A stretch of 63,046 nt of DNA, counting the filler, from Saprolegnia diclina VS20 (Eukaryota): assembly GCF_000281045.1 (NCBI RefSeq). It is 6 parts of 3 records of this genome, joined end to end, with 100 filler letters (N's around TTAATTAATTAA, not from the genome) between each part and the next. Parts side by side here need not be neighbours in the genome. Positions count along the whole stretch, not along the records: positions 25,754 to 54,435 come from NW_008246080.1; positions 54,536 to 56,732 come from NW_008246081.1; positions 56,833 to 58,643 come from NW_008246082.1; positions 58,744 to 61,939 come from NW_008246082.1; 2 more parts are not named here. One strand, given 5' to 3'. Position numbers and translations under genes: made by a program. This document shows positions 46,886 through 59,184 of this stretch, piece by piece; position 1 is the stretch's first letter, and each line of letters opens with the position of its first letter. The notes under the pieces are model-generated. The model was given only the letters and a program-made list of their open reading frames with translations, had not been told where the DNA came from and made no database searches.

Positions 46886-48805
46886 TTACTGCGACGTCGT
46901 GCCGGGGCAGTCGTCAAAGTCACCAAAGATCATCTCGTCGAGGGCGCGGCCAGCGCCGACCATCGGGTAGCAGTGTTCGTCCTTCTCGACGACAAACTCG
47001 CCAAGGATCGGGCCGTCGGCGGCGAGGAACTCGGCCATCGCGCGCGGGAGGTCGGCTTCGTCCGTGCAGCGGATCGCTTGGCAGTGCATGCTCTCGGCAA
47101 ACTTGACAAAGTCCGGGTTCTTCATGACCGTGCCCGAGTACCGCTTCTCGTAAAAGAGGTCCTGCCACTGCTTGACCATGCCTTGAAAGTTGTTGTTCAA
47201 AAGGAGCACCTTGACGCCGACGTTGAACTCGGCGGCGGTCGCCATTTCCGTCAGCGTCATCGCAAACGAGGCGTCGCCATCAATGTCGATGACCATGTGG
47301 TCGGGCTTGGCCATCTTGGCGCCGATCGCGGCCGGAAGACCGTAGCCCATCGTGCCGAGGCCGCCGGACGTCAAGAACGACCGCGGGTTGCGCCACCGGT
47401 AAAACTGAGCCGCCCACATCTGGTGCTGCCCGACGCCGGTCGAGATGATGACCTTGTCGTTTGTCTTTGTCTGCGTGTAGAGCTCTTCAATGACGCGCTG
47501 CGGCTTCATGGGCATACCGGGCGCGGCCGGGCGGTACCGGAACGGGTGCGCCTTCTTCCAGCCCTGGATCTTCTCGTGCCACTCGGGGCGCTCGTCGCGC
47601 ACCAGGAGCGGCAGAAGCTGCTCGATGTTGTACTTGGCGTCGCCAATGACACCGACGGTCGCCGGTACGATCTTGCCGACCTGCTTGCCCGAGATGTCAA
47701 AGTGGATGATCCCGCCCCGGCCATCACGCGCGGCGCGGCGCGCCTCGGGCGCAAAGTCGGGCACACGACCCGTGACGCGGTCGTCGAAGCGCGCGCCGAT
47801 CGCAATGATGCAGTCCGATTCTTGGATCGCGTAGTTGGCGTACGCCGACCCGTGCATGCCGAGCATGTGCAAGCTCAGCGGGTCCGTCTCGTCGAACGCG
47901 CCCATGCCTTGGAGCGTTGTCGTGATGGGAAGCTTGAACTGCTTGGCGAGCGCCCGAAGCGCCTCGCTGCAGTGGATCGTGCCTTGGCCGGCGTAAATGA
48001 CGGGCTTCTTCGCCTTGTTGATGAGCGCCGCCGCGGCTTGGAGGTTCTCGGACTGGTCCACGCGGTTGCCGTCGACCTTGTTCTCGCCATAGTAGCCAAT
48101 GAGCTGCGGCGTCTTGGTGACGGCCGTCTTGCAAAGGCCGGCGGTGATGTCCTTTGGGAGGTCCACGAGCACGGGCCCTGGCCGGCCGGTCGTCGCAATG
48201 TGGTAGGCTTCGCGGAGGTGGCGCGCGAGGTCCTTGATGTTGCGCACTTGAACGTTCCACTTGGTGCACGGGCGGGTGATGCCCATAATGTCGGCCTCCT
48301 GGAAGGCGTCGCTGCCAAGCACCGGCGTCGCGACTTGGCCCGAGAAGACGATCATCGGCGTGCCGTCCATGAGCGCATCTTGGAGCGGCGTCACCGTGTT
48401 GGTCGCGCCCGGGCCGGACGTGACGAGGACAACGCCGGGCTTGCCGGTCGCGCGGGCGTAGCCTTGCGCCATGTGGCCCGCGCCTTGCTCATGGCGGCAC
48501 AAGACAAAGTCAAAGTGGGGCGACTCGTGGATCTCGTCAAAGACGGGGAGGATCGCACCGCCGGGATAGCCAAAGATGGTGTCGACGCCGAGCTCGGCGA
48601 GCGTCGAGTGAAAGATCGCGGCGCCCGTCTTGCCAATGTACTCGTCCGTGAGCTCGGGCTTGGGTGCGGCGGCTACCGTGGCTTTGGCCGGCGTGAGTTC
48701 GGGAATCGACGTCGGGGCCGGCCGGAGGTGGCCAATGCCCCGGGTCATGGTCGCATACGAGCGTGGATGGCAGGCGCGGCGAAGGGCAGCGGCGCGGCGG
48801 AGCAT
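46886..48805 (-). CDS. ILV2: Acetolactate synthase (AHAS) catalytic subunit, mitochondrial-type precursor, single exon
   Basis: IFGYPGGAILP, RHEQGAGHMAQGYAR, GMHG, GARFDDRVTG, GVGQHQMWAAQ, SGGLGTMGYGLPAAIGA and the TPP motif DGDASF..LNN. Confidence 0.97.
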   Translation of the reverse strand: MLRRAAALRRACHPRSYATMTRGIGHLRPAPTSIPELTPAKATVAAAPKPELTDEYIGKTGAAIFHSTLAELGVDTIFGYPGGAILPVFDEIHESPHFDFVLCRHEQGAGHMAQGYARATGKPGVVLVTSGPGATNTVTPLQDALMDGTPMIVFSGQVATPVLGSDAFQEADIMGITRPCTKWNVQVRNIKDLARHLREAYHIATTGRPGPVLVDLPKDITAGLCKTAVTKTPQLIGYYGENKVDGNRVDQSENLQAAAALINKAKKPVIYAGQGTIHCSEALRALAKQFKLPITTTLQGMGAFDETDPLSLHMLGMHGSAYANYAIQESDCIIAIGARFDDRVTGRVPDFAPEARRAARDGRGGIIHFDISGKQVGKIVPATVGVIGDAKYNIEQLLPLLVRDERPEWHEKIQGWKKAHPFRYRPAAPGMPMKPQRVIEELYTQTKTNDKVIISTGVGQHQMWAAQFYRWRNPRSFLTSGGLGTMGYGLPAAIGAKMAKPDHMVIDIDGDASFAMTLTEMATAAEFNVGVKVLLLNNNFQGMVKQWQDLFYEKRYSGTVMKNPDFVKFAESMHCQAIRCTDEADLPRAMAEFLAADGPILGEFVVEKDEHCYPMVGAGRALDEMIFGDFDDCPGTTSQ

Positions 48806-50187
48806 GTTGCTGCGAGAAGCAAAGGAAATTGGAAACTACAAAACTTGAAGCGTCTTCTCCAGCGATTGCTCAATCGGTGCGCTAAATCGAGTCGTCGCTC
48901 GCCCGTATACAAATCCAAACCAGGTGAAACCGATCCCAGAGCGCGTTTACCCTTGGCGCGGTAAAAGCCACCACAAGAACAGGCCACGTGAATGCGCAAT
49001 CGCGTGACCACCTGGTGGTCACCAACGGATGTTGAAGTTGTGCCCACGGCCCACGCGATCCATGATTATCATCATCGTAGCCCCTATTGATCGTAGCCCA
49101 GTGCTGCCAGTGGCGCCGACTGCAACGAGCTACGCAGGCGCCCATACCCCACCTTCGCCGTCCAAGACGAGCCCGTTGGACGCGGCGGACGTGCCACGAC
49201 AAGATTTTTCTGCGGTTGCATTATAAAATTTTGACCAATCAGCGCGATGTTGAAGTGATTGGCAAATCAAAATAGAACCTGGATCTTGACAAATGCGCAT
49301 TGCACAAACAGCAAGCTGGCAGGTGTCGAGACGGGACAACCAGAAGGCGATTCCTATGGCTCTCGATGCTGTCACGCGACTTCAAAGCCAAACGTGGGCA
49401 CACCGCTGGTATGTTGCTTGGCGACGCGGCGGACACTCATCGGGGTTTTACAGTGTACTACTTACTGGTCGACCGTGAGGCTATCAGATCTTATAGTTCA
49501 GAGCGCTGGCGTAAACATACCGGTACCTGTCGGCGGCTTCAACTGCGCTGCAGACTGCCTCAACGGCGCAGCAGTCTTCATGGGAACGACTGTTGGCCGC
49601 ATCGACAATTTTGCAATGGCTCGGCTTTTGAGCAGAAACAGACGAGTCGAGAGTATGCATACCAATAGCTGTTCCATTGTCGAGCCTTACTAGTTGAGTT
49701 CTGTCAGCGTGGACTTTTGTCAAGGTAGCGGCATTTGCTATTGGGATGTAGCATGCACAGCGAGCAGCCTCCATGAGCAAGAGAAGCTGTAGTGGATGCC
49801 TCTGGGCATGGATCACGCACACCATCATTGCAGGACGTAGACTCGAACCAAACGGCCTTTGGGATCGTCTCGGAAGGCGTCACGTAGCAAGCCCACGCGG
49901 CCGTGGCAACCTTGGAGACGGTCGGCAGCTGGCCAGCTGGCTCGCCCTGACGCCCTCGGCCCAAGACGCGCAGGACGGCCTCCGCATCGTCGACATTCTC
50001 GACGCGTGCGACCCCACGCGTACTTTGTGCGGCTCCGAGACGTGCATTAGCGAGTCCGGCGACGAGTACTACTCATTTGGAGCAGGACTGCGATGGCGCG
50101 TTGGGCGACAAGTCGAACTGCATCGAGACGCTCGAAACAGACAGAAAACACAAACCGAATATTCCGATTTCAACCAGCGCGTCCTAT

Positions 50188-52927
50188 TTACTCGGCGACC
50201 AGCGTCGCGAGCCAAGTGCGCATGCTGTCTTGGTCGCGGGCGTACATGGCGGCGCGGGTGCGGATGCGCTCGAGCGTCGCGTCCACGACACGCGCGTACA
50301 CAGGGTGCTGGCGCGTGGCCAAGAAGGCCTCGACCTCGACCGCGCGGTCTTCGCTCTGGAAGCGCGCAATCGCCGACGTGAGGATGCGGCCGACCTGGAC
50401 CGGCGTGAACTTGGCATTGAGTGCCGCCCAGTGCGTCTGCACGTACGTCCACGCGAGGTCGGCGCCGGCCATGTCGCCCGCGACGCTGCTAAAGATGTAC
50501 TGGATGTCCTGCGCGCGCACGTTCTCGACGCCCCACTGCAGCGTCTCGAGCTTGAGGCCCGGGATCTTGCCAATGTTGGAGAGGCAGTCGAGCTGCTCTT
50601 CGATGAAATCGCTCGTCACGTACATGTTGGCAAAGTAGTCGAACACGGCCTTGGCCTCGGACGGCGACGTCGCTTGGCGTGCGTGGAGCGAGTAGACCAC
50701 CGAGCGCAAGTCCGCCGAGGGGTTTCCGGCGTGGAAGCGGCGCGAGGCCTCGGCGAGGACGTCCGGGTCGCGGGCGCCGCCGAGCATCGCGAGCACGATA
50801 CGGCGAAAGTTGCTCGTCATCTCAACGTCCGTCTCAAGCTTGTCCCAGGTGAGCGACGCAAAGACGTTGGCGTAGAGGCTTTGGACGTAGGCGCGGAGCG
50901 CCGGCGCGCACGCCTCGTCGTCGTGGAAGAGCGACGTGTACGCCTGGAGGTTCTCCGAGAGCTCCTTCCAGCACAGGTACTCGGGCTCGGCCGCAAACGC
51001 GTCCGAGAACGCGAGCGCGTCCGCGCAGCTCACAACGCCGGCGCGGGCCAGCATAAAGACGCTCGACAGCAAAGACACACGATCGACAACGCCGAGCTCG
51101 AGGCTGCGCACCGGTTCCTTGAGCGCCGCCCACGCCGACGCCGGGTAGTTGACAAGGTAAAAGCCCGTCTGCTGTGCGTTGAGCTTGTACCACGGCGCAT
51201 CCGACGGTTTTTGCATCGAGAACGTCTCGTTGTCGTGCGTCCAAATGGTCGTCGACGTCGTCTCGATCGGCGTCGAGAGCGTCAACGGCACGTCCCAGCG
51301 GCTGCCTTCGTTGTCGTCGCCAAACGCGAGGAACCGGCTCTGGGACAGCTCGAGCGTCGCGTCGTCCGTCTCGGTGACCGAGAGCACGGGGAAGCCCGTC
51401 TGCTTGGTCCACGTGTTGGCCATGGCCGTGATCTCCATGCCCGAGGCGGCCTCGAACGCGTCCCAGAGATCCTCGGTGCGCGCGTTGGCGTAGCTGTGCT
51501 GGAGCAGGTAGTTGTGGACGCCGGCGTAAAACTGGTCGAGGCCGACGACGTTGGCCAGCATGCGGATGACGCTCGCGCCCTTGGCGTACGAGATCGTGTC
51601 GAAAATTTGGTCGACTTCATCGGGGTGGTGCACTTCGACTTCGATCGGGTGCGACGAGAGCATCGCGTCCTTGGTCATCGCCAGGCCCATGGTAATATCT
51701 TGGACAAAGCTTGTCCACATGTTCCACTCGGGGAAGATGTGGTCGACCGCGTCAAACTCCATAAAGCGCGCAAACCCTTCGTTGAGCCAGAGGCTCGTCC
51801 ACCACTCCATGGTCACGAGGTTGCCAAACCTAATCATTTTCAAAAATGGTCAACTTGTCCTTGTACACCCAAGCGAAAAACAAAGGACATACCATTGGTG
51901 CGCGAGCTCGTGGCAGACGGTCCGCGCAGTGGCGGTCTTTTGCGCAATCGACGACGCGTTCTCGTCAATGAGGAGACGCATCTCGCGGTAGGTCACAACG
52001 CCCCAGTTCTCCATCGCGCCGGCGCTAAAGTCGGGGATCGCGAGCATGTCGAGCTTTGTGAGCGGGTACGGGATGCCAAACTTCTGCGTGAAGAACGAGA
52101 GGCACTTGGTCGCAACGTCCAACGCAAACCGACCGCGCTCACTGCGCCCGACCGGCGTGTACACGCGCACAAGCACGCCTTCAGCCGTGTACGCCGAGAC
52201 GTAGTCGAACTCACCGACGACCATGCCCACGAGGTACGTCGACATGATGGGCGTCTCGGCAAAGGTCCACTTTTTCTCAAAGGCATTGGCGTTCTTGGTC
52301 AAATGCGCGGCTTTCACGGGGCGGACGAGCGTCGAGAGCACGTGCGTGTTGGAGATGGCTTCGCGGTCGATGGGCGTCACCATCGAGATTTGAAACTTGG
52401 CCTTGATCGCGGGCTCGTCCCAGCACACAAAGGCGCGGCGCGCGTCGCACGCTTCAAACTGGGTCACGGCCATGACGCGGCGCTCGCCGTTCTGCGTGTA
52501 CTCGCTGCGGTAAAAGCCCTTGAGCTTGTCGTTGAGAATACCGTGGAAGCGCAGGTGGAGCGTCGCGGTCGAGCCTGCTGCCAGCGTTTCCGAAAACACA
52601 AACGTGACCGACTCGTCAAACTTGGTGTACCGGATTTCGTTGCAGGCCATCGACGCGCCCGACGCCAGCGTGACGCTGACGTCGTGGACCCAGAGCTCGA
52701 CGGCGTGGCACGTGATGCTATCGGTGTCTTCGGCGATCGCGATCGCAATCGTCTCGGCGCCTTCAAAGCGAAAGCTGTCCAAATCGATCACATCATAGTC
52801 GAGCGTGTACTACCGACACAGCAATGCTGTCAGACTATTGCAAAAGATCGCAAAATACCTTGATGGGCTGGACGGACGTCGGAAGGCGCGCAAACTCGCG
52901 CGTCTGCTTGGGCTCTTGGACGCACAT
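50188..52927 (-). CDS. M1-family (puromycin-sensitive-like) aminopeptidase, 3 exons; alternative start at 52981
   Basis: ARLPTSVQPIK|YTLDY, TQFEACDARRAFVCWDEP, GAMENWG, HELAHQW|FGNLVTMEWW..WLNEGFA, ISYAKGAS and an ERAP1-like C-terminus. Confidence 0.96.
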
Positions 52928-53644
52928 GTGGGCGACTTTGGAAATGACGATGGAAGGCGTCCTTTCTGCAACAGGTTTCATTGCCAGCTGGGATGCCAAT
53001 AGAATACGATATTTAATGATCAATACAAAAAACAAGAGAAGATGCCAGAATGGATTAAATACGACCTCGGACCAACCGGGACCCAAGATCATTATCCGGA
53101 CGTATTCAGAAATTATCCGAAATGCAAGGGCCAAAGGGCACTTTGGCGCGTGCTTTGGCGCCCCACGTCTCAGGCGCCACATCGCGGGCGACACGTGGAC
53201 GCGAGGCTGAACGACGCATACAAGTTTGGTACAGCGAAAAAGGACAGTATTGTGCACTATCGTAATAGCGGTGCTCGCAAAGTCCCTAAAATCCTAGCAG
53301 GGAGGCCGAGAAGAATAAGAAAGACTCTAAGAAAGACACCTAAGGCGATGGTGTAGAGATACGTTTGGCTTCAAATTGGATGACTCAGAGTTGGGGGTGA
53401 GTTTTATGGCTCTGGCTGCTTGGCGACGTCGTGGGACCCTCGGGAGCTTTGCCATCCGGATCAAGCTTGGCTTGCACTCGGGAGGGACAAGCCTGCGATG
53501 GCCTGCTCCGTTTATAGTAATTGCACGTGTTTAGCGTCAGCTTCGAGGGCTCTGCATTTGCAAAGACGGGCATCTCTTCCACGCTACTGGTATTCTTCAC
53601 GGACCATCCAGTCGGCGCCGCGAGACCCGTGTGCTTACTAGTAC

Positions 53645-53675
53645 CAAGGGTCAATAATCTGATTATTGACCCTTG
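53645..53675. repeat. Perfect 15-bp inverted repeat CAAGGGTCAATAATC-t-GATTATTGACCCTTG
   Basis: Read directly from the sequence. It shares the AAGGGTCAATAA core with the IR at 6662-6707. Confidence 0.9.
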
Positions 53676-53981
53676 CTAGTACTACAATTGTAGTAGCAAC
53701 CCGAGTGCGTTTGAGGTATATGACAGCTTGCCGCATGACTTCGTTCTTCTACGCTGATCGATCTCGAGCAAACCTCGGAGATTATACGAGAGACCGGCTC
53801 CGCTGTTATCAACTGTTTATCTCAAAAGCAAGTTCCTGCATGTCATGACGGCGACGATATCCACCGTCAAACGGTACACAGTTAGCGATTGGTCGATATC
53901 GCTTGTGTAAGCTGTCCACACGTCACATGACAATACTTGCATCAAATGAATAAATCAATAAATTAATAACAAAGATGCCGT

Positions 53982-54435
53982 TTACGACCGACCGTACAGA
54001 ACGCGGAACCGCTTCAGCAACTGGATCGGCGACGCCACCGACAAGAGGTTGATCACGTACGCCGGCATGTAGCCGCCGAGGTCCATGTGCACGATCAGCG
54101 TCACCGAGCACGACGTCGGCGTCAACGGACGAACAATGTACCCCGACACGTGCGTGTGCGCGCGCACAAAATGCTTGTCGACCGGCACGCTGTCGTGCTC
54201 GACGCTCTTGGTGCCAATGACAATGGACCCGTCGTCGAGGCGCTGCTCGCTCGTCACAACAAGAAAGTCGCGCGCCGTCGTCGGAAACACCGGCTTGGCC
54301 TGCACATACCGGATCGTCTTGGTCTCGGCCGGGTTGAGCGCCTCGATGATGCGGCAGTTGTCGGTCATCTCGTCAAAGATGTGCATCTGCTGTGGGTCGT
54401 TGAGCTTGGACGCGAGGTCGTTGGCGCTGCAGTGG
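53982..54435 (-). CDS. START-domain protein, 3' part (5' end lost in gap)
   Basis: KPVFPTTARDF, SVEHDSVP..FVRA..SGY.VRP and HMDLGGYMPAYVIN. Confidence 0.88.
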
Positions 54436-54535
54436 NNNNNNNNNNNNNNNNNNNNNNNNNNNNNNNNNNNNNNNNNNNNTTAATTAATTAANNNNNNNNN
54501 NNNNNNNNNNNNNNNNNNNNNNNNNNNNNNNNNNN
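54436..54535. other. Assembly gap with TTAATTAATTAA linker
   Basis: N-run with central linker. Confidence 0.97.
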
Positions 54536-54650
54536 GTGGGTTGTGCCATCGAGTGCAGTGGAGCGCCACGTCATCGCATCAAATGCAGAACAAACTAATC
54601 TTCATTTTGTGTCGATGCACGATCCGACAAAGTAAGTGCTAATACCTGCA

Positions 54651-55716
54651 CTAACGAGTGAGCGGGCGGGCAAAGAGGGTCAGTGGGACCCTCAAATAAG
54701 CGTCGGGGCACCACGGAATGGAGCACTTGATGTCGATAAAGTACCGGCACGAGAGGTGGTCGCCTTCTGTTGAGGGCCACAGTGAACTGCTTGAGAGACT
54801 GATCGTCTGCACAAACGATGCTTGGTCGCTGGCGTTGACGCCCGACATTTTCGTGTTGGAGAAGACTTCATACTCCACATGCTCCCGACCGGATGCGCAA
54901 AGTGTCACCAAGCGCACGAGCTTGCAAGACACGTACTTGATGGGTGTTGACGCCGACGCGTTCGTCACAAACGTTTCAATCTACATGCAACGGGGTCAGC
55001 GACAAAGTTTACGCCTGAAGAATGCACATACCGTCACCGAGTCGCCAAGGAACGACGCATTGTTGTGGACCACAGCGCGGACATGACACGTGCCCTTGCG
55101 GAAGAGGCCGAGCGCGCGCACGGTCTTGGTCGTCTCGGCCATCGCGGGACCAATGGACCCGTGAAACGGACGGTAGACGCGGAGCGCGTAGGTGTGTTTG
55201 AGATCCCGCGCAAAAGTACCGCTCGTCGAGATAATGCCTTGAAGCGAATACTGGATGGTCGCAGTGACGCCCTGGCTGCCATCGTACGACCCGGGAAGAT
55301 TGGACGGCAGCGTGAACTGGAACGGAAACGTGTATTGCCCTGGCGGAAGTTCGCGCGTCGAATTGTCCAGAATGAGCTAGTGAGAGATTAAACATCATTA
55401 TGATGCTAAAGTCGACGTACCCGGCGTTGAAAGAACTTGTTGTACGCGTTGTAGAATTGCCGATGATCTGTGTTCTGGTGGTGATTTCGCCACTGGACTT
55501 GTTCTTCGCCAACGAGGAGAATGGCAATTTCTGTGCATTTTTCTTCATCAACTAGTCCATGCAAGAGGATCTTGTACCTGTGGACTGCAACGGCTCTGTA
55601 AGCACGACGGAAAGGTCGCCAAGAATATTGTCGCCTGCCATGTAATATGGGTTTTCGACGGCAAGCGTGAGCGACCCCTTGCTCGTCGAGCCGAAATACT
55701 GTCCGATGACGCCCAT
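54651..55716 (-). CDS. Arrestin-domain protein, multi-exon
   Basis: GSLTLAVENPYYMAGDNILG, a GQYTFPFQF.L...LPGS segment, and WPSTEGDHLSCRYFIDIKCSIPWCPDAYLRVPLTL. The 3' end is approximate. Confidence 0.75.
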
Positions 55717-56156
55717 CGCTTGCAAAGTCTGTTGTGTTGAGAGGAAATCAAATAATGGTGTTGGTTCAAACAACGTCCATGGAGATGCCCGTCGGCATCC
55801 ATATCTTGTTCATGAATCTAGTATTATCTTTGCTACAGTATGCTCTCGATTCTGATCCGGCCATGTGCGACGTGAACATGGCGCACGTCGTCCACGTCGA
55901 AAATATCCAGTTGTGCATCAAATCCAGACTTGACTTTGAATCCACTCGATAAATACACGTAGATCCGCAATTCGAGGGAACTAACGAGTTGTGTCGCTGG
56001 CATGCGATAGAGACGCCAAAGAATTCAAGTAGGAAGTAGGACGGATTTAGGCTATTTCATTCCTAACGATTGAAAATACCACCCGAGTGGTTTCAAGCGC
56101 AACGCTTCAAGCATATCGTAGGGGCCTTTACAGCGGCGCACCCATTTAAGTAGCTA

Positions 56157-56732
56157 TCATAGCACCGCGATGGCCAGAGGTAGTTCCAATTGAATGCTGG
56201 TAAACCAGCCGATAGCGCACGAGACCTTGAGTACATAACTGCACGAGACAAACTCGCCACGCGTGCTCGGGTACAAGACGGTTCCGTCGTGGCCAAGCAG
56301 CTGGAGCGAGTGCGTCTGCACCACGTGCTCGCCCCGAGCGACGCCAGGAAACGATGCCGAGCAAATGGCTTTGGAGCACCTGTTGCGCGTGTCGCCTGCA
56401 GCCACATGAACGAGCCGCACGAGCTCGTAGCGCACACTGCTCACGTCTTTGGCGGAGAGGTTGCGAATTGAACATTGGCTCTACAACCGCGCTATAAAAC
56501 CATTTTGAACTATCCGCAAAACCTCCAGGATGTCGCCGGGGCCATACAAGGTCTTGCTGAGTGCAATTTGCACGTGGCAAGTCCCGTAGTGAAAGCAACA
56601 CAAGAACCGGATCGCTTCGTTCGCCTCAGCCACGCTCGGCGCAATGAACCCAATCGGACGCATGTAAACAAAGAGGCTCTTGGTGTCGGTCAAACCGCGT
56701 CGAAAAAGACTGTCGAGGGAGAGCGTGCCGCG
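56157..56732 (-). CDS. Second arrestin-domain protein, 3' part (cut by gap)
   Basis: FLCCFHYGTCHVQIALSKTLYGPGDILE and YPSTRGEFVSCSYVLKVSCAIGWFTSIQLELPL, paralogous to the neighbouring gene. Confidence 0.7.
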
Positions 56733-56832
56733 NNNNNNNNNNNNNNNNNNNNNNNNNNNNNNNNNNNNNNNNNNNNTTAATTAATTAANNNNNNNNNNNN
56801 NNNNNNNNNNNNNNNNNNNNNNNNNNNNNNNN
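56733..56832. other. Assembly gap with TTAATTAATTAA linker
   Basis: N-run with central linker. Confidence 0.97.
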
Positions 56833-58643
56833 CGCTCACACCGTACTTGACGGGTGTGATCGAAGACGAGCCGGGATACCTCGCGCACGTCCCAGCTCGG
56901 TTTGCATCATCACCGTACCTTCAGCGCTACCCCCACCCGACGACCAAGCTACCTTGCTACGCGCTCTTTGTCTCGCCATACTTCTACGACCGGGCCCTCG
57001 CGCTCCACCTCTCGGTTGTCGAAGGTGACGTGGCGCTCGTCAAGCGCTGGCTGCGATGGGATGCCTCTCTGTGTACGTCGGCGACGCTCGAGCTTGCTGC
57101 GGCCGCGTCCCAAGGTCCGATTCTGCGTCTCTTTTTCGAGCAGTTTCCAGCGCTGGCCACACCCAAGATGATGGACCTTGTCGCCATGTCAGGTGACCTC
57201 AAGCTTTTGATGTGGCTCCATGAAGCGGGTGCTATATGCTCCACCGCCGCAATGGACGGCGCGGCCATGAACGGTCACTACGACGTCGTCCTCTTTCTGC
57301 ACTCTGCAAGGACCGAGGGCTGCACGATCGAGGCGGCAAATGGAGCAGCCGTCAATGGTCACGCGTCGATCGTCCGCTTTCTTCTCGAGGAGCGCACTGA
57401 AGGCGTCAGCCCGTGGCTATGGTTCAAACGATCACATTGGGAGCTCAGTCGAGGCCGTCGACCTCGCTGCCGAAAGAGTCGAGTTGACGGACTTGGCACT
57501 CGCAACCGTTGTGAAGAAGTCGGGACTCGCGGTGCTACAACACATCTACGCCCGCGGGTACCTCAAGAAGATGACCAAGCAATGGCTGGAGCTGGCCGTT
57601 GCCAAGCAAGACCACGCAATGCTGCGCTACGTCCTCGCCTCCGTCGATCAAGAGAATCCGCGCCCACCCTGCGACGACGAATGGCTACCGCCCGACGCTG
57701 ACGGGTGCTCTGAGTTTGCCAAATGGGACAACTGCAATGTGATGGCAGCTGCGGCCTTCAACGGCGACCTGACGTCGCTCGAGCTCTTGCACAAGAGCCG
57801 CCTCCGTGTCGGGTCCGAGTACGCAATCGTCTACGCGGCCTACGGCGGTCACTTGCACGTACTTGACTGGCTGCATACGTACAGACGCGATGGTTGTGGC
57901 GAGAACGCGATGGCCCTCGCCGCTGCCGCCGGCAACTTTGATATCGTGCGCTGGCTCCACGAGGTCTACGGACTGCGGCCAACCAACACAGCCTTGGCCA
58001 CAGCAGCCTACGTTGGCCACCTGACGATGGTGACGTACCTCTTGAGCGTACCGACGAGCGGCGTTGACAATCAGAATGACAGCGCTGACGGATTCAACAC
58101 CTGGAATTGTCGACTAACCGTACCGACGCAAGAGGGCAAGTGTTACGCCTCCCATAAGTGCGCCATAGGCTCCGCGGTGTCGGCAGCGGCAAGCCAGGGC
58201 CACTTGGAGATCTTCAAATTGCTCGTCGCGCGTGGTCATCAAGTACAGCCGACTGCCATCAACGTAGCCGTGTCGAATGGCCACCTGACCGTCGTGCGCT
58301 ACCTCCACGAGAACTTTGGCCAGCACTGCAGCTTGCGATCCCTCGTGGCTGCCTCTTGGGATCGCCACGTCGATACCATAACGTACGTGCTCTCGCATCG
58401 CTGCTGGCAAGACGAGCCCACCATGCGCACCGACCAGGGGTTCGACCGGATGATGCACAGTCTGTTCTTGGCCGCGGCGCACAGTGGCAGCCTTACCATC
58501 TTGCAACTCGTTTGCGACGCGCTCCAACTACAAGATCCGACAACCCGACTGACCCAGCTGCCACGCCGCGTCTCGGAGCGCATAATGCTCCGCGCGGCAG
58601 CCCATGGTCACCTCGATATGCTCCGGCATTTGCACGACGTCTT
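56833..58643 (+). pseudogene. Oomycete-type ankyrin-repeat protein, partial at both ends, frameshift near 57410
   Basis: AMDGAAMNGHYDVVLFLHSARTEGCT in one frame continues as AAFNGDL, AAYGGHLHVLDWLH and AASQGHLEI in another frame. Confidence 0.8.
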
Positions 58644-58743
58644 NNNNNNNNNNNNNNNNNNNNNNNNNNNNNNNNNNNNNNNNNNNNTTAATTAATTAAN
58701 NNNNNNNNNNNNNNNNNNNNNNNNNNNNNNNNNNNNNNNNNNN
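58644..58743. other. Assembly gap with TTAATTAATTAA linker
   Basis: N-run with central linker. Confidence 0.97.
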
Positions 58744-59184
58744 CTCGCACCGTCGGTCTCGAGATGGTGTTGATGCACATTCCCATATCCTGATGTGGAG
58801 CTGCGATACCTCGCTGTGATTGGACAGCTTTAGTGTTGTTGTGATCGGAATTTGACGGACAGGCCACCCGTTAAAAATCCCTGTTATCTGATTGGCTAAA
58901 AAGTATCCGTGACGTGGCAATATGGTTGCGGAGTATTGAGGCAGCTCGCTATCGTAGAGTCGCCTACGCTCGAGTGGTGTTCCAAGCATACCGTCTCCGT
59001 CGACTTGGATCGACACATAAGCCCCACTACATGGTCAAGAAGAGGCGCGCGAAGCGGGAGCGCGAGTCTCGGCCGAGGCTCTCGTACTCGTCAAAGGTAA
59101 ATGGGGACCTTGCTCGAGGATTGGACTTGCGTGGCAAGCAAGCGCCGAATGCCGACGCACGCTACATCATCCTTTTCATTAGGA

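Noticed and set aside
46727..48964. 745-aa plus-strand ORF
   Set aside because: Antisense shadow of the GC3-rich ALS gene, with no recognisable motifs.
50077..52863. 928-aa plus-strand ORF
   Set aside because: Antisense shadow of the aminopeptidase gene; Arg/Val/Leu-rich composition typical of reverse frames.
53385..53654. ORF with a vague zinc-knuckle-like string (CNYYKRSRPSQACP)
   Set aside because: The CCHC spacing is not met and no other gag/pol motifs or LTRs are visible.
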